A DNA stretch of 64,000 nt from Camelus dromedarius (taxonomy: Eukaryota): positions 49,292,001 to 49,356,000 of the forward strand of contig NC_087436.1 in the NCBI RefSeq assembly GCF_036321535.1, written 5' to 3'. Numbering within the stretch: position 1 is the stretch's first letter; each line of letters begins with the position of its first letter. The notes below the pieces were generated by a model. It ran no database searches. It was not told where the DNA came from and saw only the letters and a list, made by a program, of their open reading frames with translations. The position numbers were made by a program, and so were the translations under genes. This document shows positions 13,401 to 27,151 of the stretch, piece by piece.

Positions 13401-14122
13401 GAAAATTTACAGAAACCGTAAAATAACAAGAAATCTAGTTGGTCAAGCAAAGGTATACATAAAACCTTAAAGTCAGAAGGATACAGAAGTGACAGTAGTT
13501 AAGGTGTCATTTTAAGTAAGGCTCTTTGTGATTATTACTACAAGCTTTGATGCATAATCACTCAGCTTGATTAAAACTAGCTAAAAAAAATTTAGTATGC
13601 TTCTTCTAAGACTTACTTTTTCTGAATATATTTGAAAAGCTGAGAATCTTCCTGAGTTCTACATTTATACCCTTATAATAACCAAGTAAGTGTGCTGTCA
13701 AATTTGAGCATACAAATTGAGTTCTACTCCTAAAAATTGCCACTGTAGGCTATTTCGTACTGTAATTGTATATTTCCATGCTAGAAGAAGGGTTGAGGAG
13801 CTGAGTCAAGACTTAAACTCAGACTTGATATAGTTAAAAAGAAAAGAGAGACACAGATCCATTTGTAATGTTAAACTTCCAATGGACTCTTTTGGTGGGA
13901 AATGGTGGGGTGAAGAATGAATGCATTTTTTTTTTTTAAATAATGGAAAGTTAGAAAATTGAGACTAATAACATGAACTCAATTTTTAATGTGTTTAAGC
14001 TGGAAAGAACAGCACTAGAAAATACAGACAGTCTTCACAATTTCATTTTCCAAAATTTTGTGCATCTTTGATTTAGCGTACATAAATGAATTATTTTACT
14101 CTAGTTTAAAATATAGGTGTGT

Positions 14123-17100
14123 AAACTAAACTCAAAGCAAAAAGAAGAGGTGGGGAAGGTATAGCTCAGTGGTAGAGTGCATGCCTAGCATGCATGAAGT
14201 CCTGGGTTTAATCCCCAGTACCTCCATTAAAAATAAATAAATCTAATTAACTACCCCCCCCAAAAAAAAAGCAGAAGGAAGGAAATAAGATAAGTAGAAA
14301 TAAATTAGATAACTGGATAACAATAGAAAAGGTTTATAAAACTTGAGAGTTGGTTCTTTGAAAAGATAAACAAAACTGACAAACTTTTAGCTAGACTAAC
14401 CAAAAGAAAAAAGAGGGCTCAAATAAATAAAAATAAAAGTGACAACATTATAATTGATAACACAGAAATACAAAGGAACATAAGAAATTACTATGAACAA
14501 CTATACACCAAACTTAGACACCCTAGAATAAATGGATTATTCTCAGAAAGGACCAAACTACCAAGATTGAATCATGAAGAAATAGAAAATCTGAAGACCA
14601 GTAATGAGTAAGAAATTGAATCAACAATCAAAAACCTCCCAGTAAAGAAAAGCCCAGGATCAGATGGCTGGTTTCACTGGTGCATTTTAATAAACAGTTA
14701 AATAAAAATTAACATCAACTCTTCTCAAACTTTTCCAGAGAATAGAAGAGGTGGAACACTTCCAAATGAGGCCAGCATTATCCTGATTCCAAAGCCAGAT
14801 AAGGATATAAGAAAAGAAAACTATAGGCCAATATCCCTGATGAATATAGATGCAAAAACTCAACGAAATACTAGGAAACCAAATTCAAGAGCACATTAAA
14901 AGGATCATACACCATGATCAAGTGGGACTCACTCATCCTTGAAATGCAAGGATGGTTTAATAAATGTGACACATCACATTAACTGAATGAAAAATAAAAA
15001 TCGTATTATCATCCCAACAGATGCAGAAACAGCATTTGATAAAATTCAACATTCATGACTGAAAAAAAAAAAAAAAAGAAACCTAGAGTGAATGTTCCTC
15101 AACATAAGACCATATATGACAAGCCTACAGGTAATATTACACTCAATGGTGAAAGACTGAAAACATTTCCTCTATGGTCAGGAACAAGACAAGGGTGCCT
15201 ACTGTCACCACCCATATTTAACATAGTACTGGAAGTCCTAGCCAGGGCAACTGGGCAAGAAAAAGAAATAAAAGGCATCAGAACCAGAAAGGAAGAAGTA
15301 AAACTCTCTCTATTTGAAGATAACATGATTTAATATAGAGAAAATCTTAACGATTCTATCCACCCCCTGCCAAAAAAACAAAACAAAAAGGCAGACCTAA
15401 TCAACAACTTCAGAGAAGTTGCAGGATATAAAATTAACATACAAAAATCAGTAGTGTTTCTATGCACTAACAATGAAGTAGCTGAAAAAGAAATAAAGAA
15501 CATGATCCATTTACAATAGAATCAAAAACAGTACAATACTTAGGAGTAAATTTAACCAAGGAGATGGAAGATTACTATGCTGAAAAACTTTAAAACATTG
15601 ATGAAAGACACTGAAGAAGACATAAATAAATGGAAAGGTATCCCATGTTTATAGATTGGAAGAATTAATACTGTTAAAATGCCCATTTCCCCAAAGCCAT
15701 CTACAGATCCAGTGCAATCCCTATCAAAATTCCAATAACATTTTTTTTTACAGAAGCAAAAAAATTCTAAAATTTATATGGAACCACAAAAGACCCCAAA
15801 TATCCAAAGCAATTGTGAGAAAAAGTACAAAATGGGAGGCATCACACTTCCTGATTTCAAGCAATATTATAAAGCTATAGTAATCCTAACAGTATGGTAC
15901 TGGCAAGAAAACAGACATACATACCAATGGAACAATCAAGAGCCCAGAAATAAACTGACACATACAATCAACTAATATATGACAAGGGAGCCAAGGATAC
16001 TCAACGGAGAAAAGACAAGTCTCTTCAATAAATGCTTCTGGGAAAACTGAATATTCACATGCAAAAGAAGAAAACTGGATTCCTAACCCTACACCATTCA
16101 CAAGAAGTAACTCAAAATGGACTAAAGTCTTAAACATAAGACCTGAAACCATAAAACTCCTAGAAGAAAACACTGGAAAAAAGCCCCTTGCACAGGTCTT
16201 AGCAATGATTTTTTGGATATGACACCTAAAGCACAAGCAACAAAATAAAAAATGAACAAGTGGGACTGCATCAAACTAAAACATTTCTGCACAGCAAAAG
16301 AAACAATCAGCAAAATGTAAAGACAGCCTATAATGGAAAAAAAATTTGCAAATCAAATATGTGATAACAGGTTAATATCCAAAGTATATAACGAATTTAT
16401 ACAACTCTGTAGCAAAAACCTCAAATAATCCAATTTCAAAATGGGCAAAGGACCCGAACAGACTTTTTTCCAAAGAAGATATATATATGAATGGCCAATG
16501 GGTACATCAAGAGGTGCTCAATATCACTAATCATTAGGGAAATGGAAATTAAGACCACAATGTGCTATCACCTCACAGCTTTCAGAGTAGCTATCATCAC
16601 AAGACAAGAGGTTGCACATTGTGGTGAGGATGTGGATAAAAGCGAACACTTACACACTGTTGCTGGGATTGTAAATTGGTGCAACAACTATGGAAAATAT
16701 AATGGAATATCCTCAAAGAATTAAAAATAGAACTACCATCTGTTCTAGAAATTCCACTTCTGGGTTTATATCTGAAGGAAATAAAAGCACTGTGTTGAAG
16801 AGATATCTGCCCTGCCATGTTCATAGCAGCATATTTCCAACAGCCAAGAGACAGAAGCAACCTAAGTGTTCATTAATGGATAAATGGATACAGAAAGTGT
16901 GAGACATATATATGAATATTACTCAACCATATAAAAGAAGGAAATCCTGCTATTTGCAACAACATGGGTGGAAACTTGAGGGTATTATACTAAGTGAAGT
17001 AAGTCAGAGAAAGACAAATGCCATATGATCTTATTTATATATAATCTATACAAACAAACAAACAAACAAAAACAAACTCTAACTCATACAAACAGAATAA

Positions 17101-17440
17101 ATTGGTGGTTACCAGAGGCAGGGGTGGAGGTGGCAAAATGGGTGAAGGTGATCAAAAGGTACAAACTTACAGTTATAAAATGAATAAGTCACAGGGATGT
17201 AATATACAGCATGGTGATCATGGTTAATAATACTGTATTGTATATTTGAAAGTTGCTAAGAGAGTAGAAAAAGTTCTCAGCACAAGATAAAAATATTTGT
17301 AGCTATGTTGGGTGATGGATATTAACTGAAATTATGGTGGTGATCATTTTGCAATAAATTTATCAAATCACTACATCGTGCACCTTAAATTTATGCAATG
17401 TTGTATGTCAATTATATGTCAAAACTGGTAAATAAAAAAA
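14123..17440 (+). mobile_element. 5'-truncated L1 (L1MA9-like), about 3.3 kb, with disrupted ORF2 (RT region) and 3' UTR
   Basis: ORF2 remnants ([62 protein letters not shown]) broken by stops and frameshifts; L1MA-type 3' UTR; degenerate TSD aaaatataggtgtgt (14108-14122) / aaaatacaagtgagt (17437-17451). Confidence 0.92.
14152..14270 (+). mobile_element. Vic-1-type SINE nested in the 5' end of the L1
   Basis: ggggaaggtatagctcagtggtagagtgcatgcctagcatgcatg...; L1 sequence aaactaaactcaaagc resumes as gcagaaggaaggaaata after it. Confidence 0.9.
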
Positions 17441-18014
17441 TACAAGTGAGTGTGTGTGTGTGTGTACACCTACAAATACAAGCATATAGGCAAACAGCCT
17501 ACCATAAAATTCCAAGTTGCCAATCTTTATAAATAACTGATTTTGAATACATAAGAAAAATAATTCAACACTTGAAACTATCATAAACATTCATTTAATA
17601 GTGTTTTTGCGATTAAATATAACCTTTTGAAAGTCTGCTGTTCCTCTCAATCCAAAAAGGGCATTGAGTGATCTGTACAGGTCATTTTGCAAAGCAGAAC
17701 AGTAAGAAGATAAAGAAGAGGTGCTCTTCATTATAATTATGAGTAAACTGGACTTGTCAACCATCTGACAAGACAGACACTGCATAGTTTGAAACTTTCA
17801 AAACTTCTCATATTTTTGAGACAGAGAAAGTGCTGAAATGAGAGTACTTAATTGTATCCTCAGCTCAATTTCTCTTGAGGCCAAGATGGGAATAGTCAAA
17901 GGTAGGAGTATCTGTCTCCACTGCCACCTACTTTTTATACCTCATTCCATCAGTGGCATACAGTCATTTTCAGGGTAGACATGACGTATCTGTAGAGAAT
18001 CTCAATGACTTAAG

Positions 18015-18185
18015 TTGGAGTTAAAAAGTGGGCTTTGCAGTCAGATAGATCTACATGTACTTAAATTTTAAAATCTTCCTTCTTCCACTTACTGTGTGAT
18101 GCTGGTGGAGTTTTTTTAATCTAGTGACAACACCAACACTGAAGGGGTTACTGAGTATTAAGTGAGGCATATGAAAGACAAATGA
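18015..18185 (+). mobile_element. MIR
   Basis: gttaaaaagtgggctttgcagtcagatag...ccacttactgtgtga...gtattaagtgagg. Confidence 0.6.
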
Positions 18186-18409
18186 AATGACTCTCTGTTC
18201 CCCACCCAGGCATGCATATTCTGCTTCTACACCTTTGTGCTTCCATTCTCTCCTTCTTACAGGATTTCCCTACCTATCTTCAAGGTTCAATAAAAATTCA
18301 CTTCCTCCATACAGCTTTTCCTGTTCCCTTTCAGCCAGAAGAGCTGCCCTCTTCCAAACGCTCTTTCCCTTTAGACCTGTATTAGGACACTCTCACTTTA
18401 GTGACATCT

Positions 18410-20696
18410 TGCCTTAGTTGTCTTCTGTCTCTCATTGCTCCTCCTCACTGTCCTATCAAGCACCTCTTCCTCTGCTTATTCCTTTGATGCCAGTGTCCTC
18501 GGGGTTCTAGTCTAGAACTTCTTCAACATTCATTCATCTATTTACTCATTCTATTTAACAGGTAGCTATATTCAAGGTATTGCTGAGTTCTAGAGATGTG
18601 GGATGAACAAGAGAGTCTAGATTCCCTCATTAATGAAGTTTATTTAGACAAACAAGTAAACAAATAAGAAAACTGCAGATTCCTAAGTGTTCTGAAGGAA
18701 ATAAATCTGAATGTTAGGACAGAGAGGGGCTAAAAGGGAATTATTTAATAGAGAAGTTAGGGAAAGACTTTGAGTTGCCAACCTCTATCTGAGCCGAATG
18801 AAAAAGCCAGTGGCAGGAAAAGTTGGCGGAAGAATGTCCCAGTCAGATGGAACAGAAAGTACACAGGCACTGAAGCGTAAATGAGCTTGGCCTATCTGAG
18901 AAACAGAGGAACTGGTCTGGTTAGTTCTCAGTAAGAAGAGAGAGGGAGAGCAGTTTTAAGATGAGGTTAGAGGCATGTAAAGGCCAGGGAGGGGTGAGGC
19001 ACTTAGATCACTACTGAAATCCAATGAGAAGCCATTGAGTGTTACATAAAGAATACTTGCATACTCTGATGTGGACTTTTACAGATCACTCTGGTAGTTT
19101 ATGGAGAATTAACTGAAGGCATTGAGAGTAGATGCATCAAGCTGGGAGACTGCTGTAATCCAAGAGAAAGAATGTGATCTCCTGAAGTAGGGGGAGAGCA
19201 GTGGAAACACAGAGAAGTGAATGGATTCGGTATGCATTCTGGAGGCAGAAACAAAACAACTTGGTTAATGAATTGGGTGTGAGAGGTGAATGAAAGGGAA
19301 GAAAGCAGGATATGCCTAGTTTTATCCTGGGCCTCAAGGTTGATGATGGTGCCATTTACCGAGACAGAGATGAACGGGAGTAACAAGACTGATGGGGAAA
19401 TTATGGGTTCAGTCTTGAAGAAGTACATTTGAAGTGCATATTATCATTCAAATGGGTACATTAGGCAGGCAGTTGGGTTTAAAAGTCAAGAACTCAGTTA
19501 AGAGGGCAAAGCTGTCAGCCTCTCAATGGTATTTAAAGCCATAGGGCTCCATGAGATGATCTTCAGAGAGAGCACAGTAAGAGAACATGGCCTAAGATTG
19601 GGGCTGAGAAATCTCTAGAATTTAAGAGATCCCAAAGAGAAAGAAAAGCCAGCAAGGTGACCCAAGAGATGGCCAGAAAGGTAGTGAGATAACCATTTGC
19701 TGGATGATTAGCTCCCATGAACACAATTTGCAGATCAACCTCAGATCTCTACTTCTAGTCCTCATCAGAGCTGCCAAGTTGAATTTGCAATTAATCTCCT
19801 AGTCATCTGAGTACACAAAACTGAATTCACTGTCTTTTGCTTCAAATTTGTACTCTCGTGCAAGTTCCCTGTCACAGTGGTAATATCATCTGCCCAGTTA
19901 CTTAAGAAGAAACCTTAAATGTTTATTTAATTCTTTCTTTCCTCTTACAAGCACCCCCATTAAATACCAAGTATTTATTAGTTCTACCTTTTCATTGTCT
20001 CTGGAATCCATAAATTAGCCACATCCTCTTTCTTACTATCATGGTTCTTACTGTCACTGTCTGATTCCTGGATTACCGCAACAGTCCATTCTTGCCTCTA
20101 GTCTTCGTCTTCCCCCGTTCTCTATACTAAAGCCCAGTGCTGAACACCATGGCTTCTCTACAGACTTCTCATCCTTTATTAGATCCTTCCAACCCCTTAA
20201 TCCCCTTAATATGACCCTAAAGCTATCAGGGTCTAGTCTTGATTTCTCTCACGCTCATTTGCTGGAGCCTCCTGTTGACACATTTGTAATTTTCAGTTCC
20301 TTCAACACACAGATTCTCTCTTGCCTCTGTGCCTTCCCAAGGGGGTGGCAGTGTCCTTCTCACTGTAACAAATCTTCCCCTTCACCGTTCCCATTTTGAA
20401 CAAATTAACTCTTATTTATTCTGTTCAGGTCTTAGTGTAAAGAGTGCTTCCTCTAGGAAACTGAGTGAATTTCCAAGAGGGTGTTAGATGCTCTCCAGGG
20501 TGTTCCAAGAACACTTCATGTTTTTCCTCACTTAACACGCTGTACTGTACCTGCCTGTTTCCTTATCTGCAGCCTCCACCAGGCTTAAACTTCTTACAGA
20601 GTAACAGTTGTCTACTAGTTTCATATTCAACCATAATAATTAACTCAGTACCTGGCAGAAAGTAGACATTCAGTATTTGTTGAATGAATGAATGAT
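18410..20696 (+). mobile_element. L2 (plus strand), interrupted by the minus-strand L2 at about 18522-19695
   Basis: gtgtcctcggggttctagtct continues after the insert as cccatg...tcagatctctacttctagtcc; ends gtacctggcagaaagtagacattcagtatttgttgaatgaatgaatga. Confidence 0.65.
18522..19695 (-). mobile_element. L2 3' region, about 1.2 kb
   Basis: Starts cattcattcatc; internal motifs aatgagaagccattgag, agatcactctgg, gatggtgccatttaccgaga, atggtatttaaagccat. Confidence 0.8.
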
Positions 20697-21104
20697 TATA
20701 TACACATACCCTCTCTCCTGCTGGTTTATAGGAATCTTAAGGTTTGTGTTTAGCAATTAGGCCTTTTAACATAGAAATTTATTTTAGTGACTAAGTGCAT
20801 TAAATACTAGAACACACACCACCTAGTTACTGAATTAGCAACTGAGGAAAAACAAATTTAAAGTCTCTTCCCATACATGTTTATTTTCAACACAGGTCCC
20901 AACATGCGGGGAAGAAAAAAAAAACAAAAACCTCAACAAACTACTGGGACTCCAATGTAAATGACTTGCTTACTTTTTAGCACATTGGTTAAAAGAACAA
21001 GGACCTCACACAGGGGTTTAGAGCCCTAAATTCTCTTGGTGGCTCACCTGATTATCACTAACAAAGTTTGTCCTTTTTTGACTTAGTTATTTCTGACTCC
21101 TTAG

Positions 21105-21196
21105 GGGCAAATTCCATGTCTTATCTCTCCCCTCCCTATCTGAAAGCCTACACAGGCATGTAGCAGGCACTCAAAAATTGCCTATTCATTGAATGA
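21105..21196 (+). mobile_element. L2 3' tail
   Basis: ggcatgtagcaggcactcaaaaatt...ttgaatgaa. Confidence 0.55.
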
Positions 21197-23209
21197 AAAC
21201 AGAATAGATATGATTATTCTTGATGGGCTCTATGATAAACAAATAAACCTGAAATGTCAGTAAAATATCTATAGGGAAAATCTCAGCATTCTGGTATTCC
21301 CAGATGAGTAGAACTAAACTCTTTAGTTTTTTGCATCTGTTTAAACTAGTTATTTCGTAGCTACAAGTTTAAGATTTCTGAATCTTTAATAATAAAATAT
21401 CTTCACTGTAGAAAAATAAAATCATATATTTAATTCCATTAAGAAACAAAAAAAATGAGAAATCTGCTGTCAGATTTCTGTTCTGTTCCCATTGTGACAA
21501 ACTGACCTGGCGTGTATACTGTTGTAGCTAAAAGAAAGTTCTTGGAAGCACACTATGTTAGCCATGAAACTGTATCAAAGGGCACAAAGTATTTAGACCT
21601 CTAACCTTAAAAATCAATTCAGCTGACCACTTAATGTAAAGATCCAAGGACAAAGCATCTCAGTTATGCGAAGAACAGGTATTTCAAATTTCCTCCCAAA
21701 TAAGGCTGAAGACTTGTTTTGATACAGAAACCTATTACTACACCTGACTCATCCTAGAACAAATTCAAACTTCAAATACTGCTACTCAGATTAATTTGGA
21801 GTTATATGGGTACAAACTGAATCATCCCAGTTAAATAACTCACAGCTGGGATGAAAGTGAATGTATACACAATATTCATGTAGACTTCCATCCCAGTGTA
21901 TTCAATTTTGCTGAAAGCGGTCTCCACCCAAACATACACACTATGCATTAGGCATCTATTTGTATTTCTGCTGTGCAAGTTGTAACATATTAAATACCAA
22001 ACTTAATTAAACTGGCATGCATTTTAATTGTTTTCCAGCAGATGCTGAAATGTAATAGTTTTGTCCTTTTATTCCTGTTTCATCTAAAACACTTATCACT
22101 ATTTGAATTTGAGATTACATTTGCTGACAGTTCAGTTCTTCGGTGGAAGGAGACTGGTTTTAATTGGTACCAAGTTTCCTGCTGTTTCCTCTTTGTTATG
22201 GCAGGTCACTATGTCAGAAAAACAGGAAGACACCAAAGAATAGAATTAATGCTAAATGAATCCCGAACATTGAGATTAATTGGAAACACTATCTGCTCAC
22301 CATTGTGCCTTTACACACTCCCATTTTACTCTTCTTTATCTTATAAGCTAGTAAACAAAGTTGGGCTTGCTCAGCAACTTTTCCATGATTAGAAAAGATT
22401 CAGGAAATATAAAAGGGTTAAGTAGTTTAAAAAAAACAAAAACAAAAAAAGAGATACCCTAATTAGATTTTTAACTTGTTGCACATACAAATCAATCAAA
22501 TCTCTCTGTGTCCCTCATACTCAACGGCAAGGAAAATAATTAGATGATTAAAAAAAAAGAGAAAACCAGAGTTTCCCAATTTGGGAAACTGATGCCTCTA
22601 AGGACTCAAAATGTAATTCAGAGGAAGAAACTGGGGAGCCCTGCTCAGTGCTGGCCAGTTGGATTGTTCACAAATTGAACAACTTGTTCAGTTTTTGCAG
22701 AAAGTTGTTTTACCAGTTCCCACCAAAACAAAGAAGCATATGAAAATATTCTGATACATTAGAAGAATGAGCTGTACTGACTGCCAGTGCCTAGCTTTGT
22801 GACGCCAGTACTGATAGCACCTTCCACGCAGGAAGAGAGAGCTGGGCTCTTTCCCCCTCAAAAACCATCGAAGCGCAGAACCGCCATCATGACCAATCAC
22901 CTCAGTCCCCTCAACGCTCCCTGACAAGATTCTGAAACTGAAACATCAAGGCCGAAACAAACTTCAGTTGGTGCTCTCCACTTGTCCTTTCAAACTCCCT
23001 CCTCCTCCCTCCCCAGCACACCAAAGAACCACGCAATACAGCATCTTGTTTAAAGTCTGCTGGTGATTCTGGATACACTTCAAATGGTAGCAAATCCAGT
23101 TTTCTGCACTCCAGTTTCAGCTCTTCACTCTCCTTTTCTGTAGTAAAACTGCAAACCAGAAACTCTTAAGATGGTGAATTTTTGCCCTCATTTTCTTATA
23201 CACTTACAG

Positions 23210-23350
23210 CTTTAGTTCCTGAGCTTTGAGATCCTGTTGAGAATCCTAAGAAAGCAACTGGTCCCCTTTTCCTAGCAAAGTTTATTTAAAATTTGCAGTG
23301 AGCTTATAGATTCTCATAAATTAGCACGTAGGATCCTTATCTGTTAAAGA
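23210..23350 (+). mobile_element. MER117-like hAT-Charlie fragment
   Basis: gatcctgttgagaatcctaagaaagcaactggtcccctttt...aaatttgca. Confidence 0.45.
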
Positions 23351-25752
23351 TTTTAGCTCTTCAGTTTCATGTGAAGAGTTCAACTTGAATTAGAAATGTT
23401 AAAAAAAAATTACTCCAAAAGATTTGGCTTATTTTTATCCTTGTGAGACTGGCTGATAATTTATTCTCTTTTCTTGAAAGCTTGCTTTCTATTTTGAATT
23501 TCCTTGAAAGCAGCATCCAATATTAAACTCATTTAAGGAGCTAATTTTCATCATGCTCGTGAACAAAATTAGGCGGAGGACTTGTAGAGAAAAATGGTAA
23601 CATAAGAGCAGACATCTAAGCCCTCTTCCCATTAAATGATTTAAATAATAAGAGAAAAACAAAACTTGCAAAATGTCCTGCATCAGCACTAAAATACTAT
23701 ATGGTATAGTGACAGCTGAGAGGCAGAAGGTTTGAGGAATTTCTGGATAAAATGCAGATGAACCCACACTAAAGGACATCTCTAAGAGTCTAATCACAGC
23801 CCTTCCTCCTGAACCAGCTGTGGCCTGTAGAAAATAAAGACAACCCTGGCCGACTGCCCCAACAGCCCCTCACTGGAGGGCGCAGGTTGGGGCACACAGG
23901 GCTGACAGGACAGAGGGAGGCCCTGCAGCTGAAGCCCTGCCCCGGCGCCACAGCTGAGGGAACGGGAAACACAACCAGAAGCGCAGCAGCGCTGCGGTAC
24001 TGCTCCCCAAGCTCACTGCTCTTGCGGGCGGACTCACTCTGACACAGGGACGCTTCTTCCCAACCAGTCTCCCTCCTCATACACAGCAAGGGCCGAAGGT
24101 GCGGGAGGCTTTGGAGAAACAGGTATGTCTTACTTAAACACGAAGCAGCCAAAGGCAGCGGTGCCGGGGAAAGGAAACGGGTCCAAGCTCACCAGACAGA
24201 ACAGCTGTGTGTGGCAGGACCCTTCTCTCACCTGGCCTCTCACTCTGAGTGGGCTCGCCTTGGCAGGAGTGCTCAGTTTCCCAAACAGGTTGGGCTCACT
24301 GGGGGAGGAAGGCCCCAGAGGGACAGAGCTCTTCTCCAAGCACCAAAAATGAAAATCGGACAAACCCAGATTATGAACCTGGACCAGAGTCCACGACAAT
24401 TTGAAAGACAGATACAGAAAGGGGTAGGAGGGAGGGAGCTGACCTCTTAAGCAGTATTTTCAACAATTAGAAAAAAGTTTTAAAGCAATAATGTTCTAAA
24501 TGTCCCAATAAAAGAACGTTTTGGGCAGTATGAGAAGATGCTCTCACACACTTCTGCGGTGCTAGGTGAATCATCAGTCCTCCTTTAAGGATGTATTAGG
24601 GGAACAGAGCAGAACAGTACCCTTGAAAAATATACTTCAACTTAAATAAATAAATAAACATATTACTCAACAGTAGAAGAACATGCTTAAAGATATGATT
24701 TGCTTAGTGTTCTAGAAATAAATCTTAGACCTCACATGCCTTGTCCTGCCAAGGAAAGTTTTCACAGGTACTCTCTGAGGCAGATTAATGGTTAAACTAG
24801 AAGACAGATGGAAATTAAGGAGTGAAGGAAAATAATGCCCAGTAACATGATTCCACAAGCAAAATATAAAACAGAATTGGAAGAAAAAACAAAACAAAAC
24901 AAAACAGGAATTAATATTGCAAATAATAACATTAGTCAAGGAGAGGATAAACTGAAGAGATTTTTGTTTCTTTTTCTAAATAACTTTTTGCTCCAAGAAG
25001 AAATTGAAACTTTAAAAATTTTCTGGAAAAAAGTGGTAATGAATACAGTACATCACAAAATGCATGGGCTGTAACTGAATTATAACTAGAGCCTTAAAAA
25101 ATCCTTTTACTGAGAACACAAAATAGAATAGAAATAAAAGACATAAGTATTTCAACCAAATTTAGAAAAACAAAACAAACTTAAGGAAAAGGGAAAACTG
25201 ACAATAAGAGAATTAGTTAATAACAAAAACCTGTGTAACAGGCTTAAATGAATTCAAGTGTAGATTCTTGTAGTGTAGAAAAGAAAATACAGTGGATAGA
25301 AAAATCACTAAGGCAATTAAAAAAATCTATATAAACTAGTGTAGACAGAAGTACTATATCTACAGACATAAAGAATATTTTTAAAAATAATAAAATGCCA
25401 TATACTTTAGACCAGTAAATTAGAAAAACCCAGATAGAGTGAATCAGCTCAAAGGAACTTTAAAGCCTAATAAATTTATTCCTTTGGAATACAACCTTTA
25501 AACTTTTCAAACTATTATTCTGCAATGAGACCCAGAGCTCAAGTGTTCCCACAGACATACCCTTTCAATCTTCCAAGAAACATGTAACACTTACATTACC
25601 TAAATTTTGCAAAGGAAAAAAACAAAAAAACAAGGGGGGATAACTAAAGATCCCTCCATTAGAAAAGTTTTCTGAATAACAGAACAGTTTTTTTCCATCT
25701 ACTATATGCCTGATATTAAATGCTATTATTTTTAGGTAGCAGTAGCCCACTC

Positions 25753-25950
25753 TTCATTCAAGTATACATTAAGTGCCTGGTATGTACTAAGGATTCAAGA
25801 GTCTGATCTCTGAGGAAGAGAGATGCTTCAAACACCCTAAAGAAACAGTGTGACAAGTTTTGTAGTAGATCATACACAACATGTTTTGGAGACACAGAAA
25901 AGAAAGGGGCTAAGTTTGCCTCAAGGAGTTGGGATGATTTCACAGGGGCT
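25753..25950 (-). mobile_element. L2 fragment
   Basis: ttcattcaagtatacattaagtgcctggtatgtactaagg. Confidence 0.5.
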
Positions 25951-26499
25951 ATGTATTTCTTATTATAAAAAACTTACTCAAATCTTGCCCAAGACATCTC
26001 AACATCCTAAATCATGGCTCTGCCTCCTGGTATTACATACCGCTCAGCAGTGTCAGTGCTGAGCACGGGTACGGGTGCTTCCCAAAGCAAGGCGTTCCCT
26101 TCTGTGTGATGAGGTGAACTCATAAATACGCAAAGACCTTTCTCAGACACAAGCACATTCAACTCAAACTGTTCACAGTATTGTTTAGGATATTTTTAAA
26201 AATTATGAATATGATCATTTTCTAGTACATTCAAAGCTTAAAACCCTCTTTTACCACATGCTTTCTCAACCATCCCCTAAACAAGTTTGGTGTTTTATGT
26301 ATTCTGGTGAGATTATATTGGCTAAATATAAATTCATATGGTCTATGTAAGAACAGAAGTAGTTCTTACCTTAGTATAGCATAGTCATATGGCACTGTTT
26401 TCTCACCAAACATTGTAAAATGTTCCAAAGCGTCTAACTCGATTATCGATAAGCAGCATCTTTGTAACTCCCCTCCCCGGTTAGTGAGTCAATGCCAAT

Positions 26500-26610
26500 C
26501 ATTACTCACGCACCAAACACTTACTCGTTACCTAACATGTGCCAAGCACAGTGTCAGGGGTCCTAATATGAACAAGAGAGAAGCCCCAGGACCTCCTGAG
26601 CTCAAACTCC
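26500..26610 (-). mobile_element. L2 3' tail
   Basis: caaacacttactcgttacctaacatgtgccaagcacagtg...atgaacaaga. Confidence 0.55.
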
Positions 26611-26922
26611 ATTAGGTCATTTTCAGTTTACATGGATGATTATGCAACTCAAAAGTTTCCAGTGACATTCCTTAAGACATTTTCAAGTACGTGGCCAGGT
26701 ATCCAACTATATTTTATACTTTTATTTACTCACGTTCTGTTTTGTCCCAGAAAATGTTCACATTTACTATTTTCATTTTGCCTGCTATCGTTAACAACCA
26801 TTCCATGTCTTCACAATAAAATCTTCATGGTGTTAACATGATACCCCCTACTCTGCTGACAGCCATCTATTACAAAACTATGGAACCTAAAGGGTGGTAC
26901 TTTCTCTGATAAATTATAAGTG

Positions 26923-26924
<2 letters not shown>

Positions 26925-26971
<47 letters not shown>

Positions 26972-27040
26972 GTAATAGTAATAATAGTAGTAGTAGTAGT
27001 CGTAGTAGTCGTAGTAGTCGTAGTAGTAGTAGTAGTAGTA
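26925..27040. repeat. Compound triplet microsatellite (AAT)n-(AGT)n-(CGTAGTAGT)n
   Basis: Visible directly. Confidence 0.95.
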
Positions 27041-27047
27041 AAACCCC

Positions 27048-27151
27048 GGGGGGAGGGAAATAGCTAAGTGGTAGAGCACATGCTTAGCATGCACAATCCC
27101 CAGTACACTTCCATAAAATAAAACAAAATTAAAATAAAGAATTAAAAAAAA
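27048..27151 (+). mobile_element. Vic-1-type SINE with an internal deletion
   Basis: tagctaagtggtagagcacatgcttagcatgcac joined directly to aatccccagtac; A-rich tail. Confidence 0.85.

Noticed and set aside
15055..16902. ORFs with reverse transcriptase/ORF2 similarity as a functional CDS
   Set aside because: Fragments of a 5'-truncated L1 with many stops and frameshifts.
22911..23148. Minus-strand open frame after a tttgcag acceptor (FTTEKESEELKLECRKLDLLPFEVY...)
   Set aside because: No recognisable homology, no upstream coding exon, and a length compatible with chance; tBLASTn/PhyloCSF could revive it.
23790..24450. Several 75-120 aa ORFs
   Set aside because: Explained by local high GC content; no recognisable domain.
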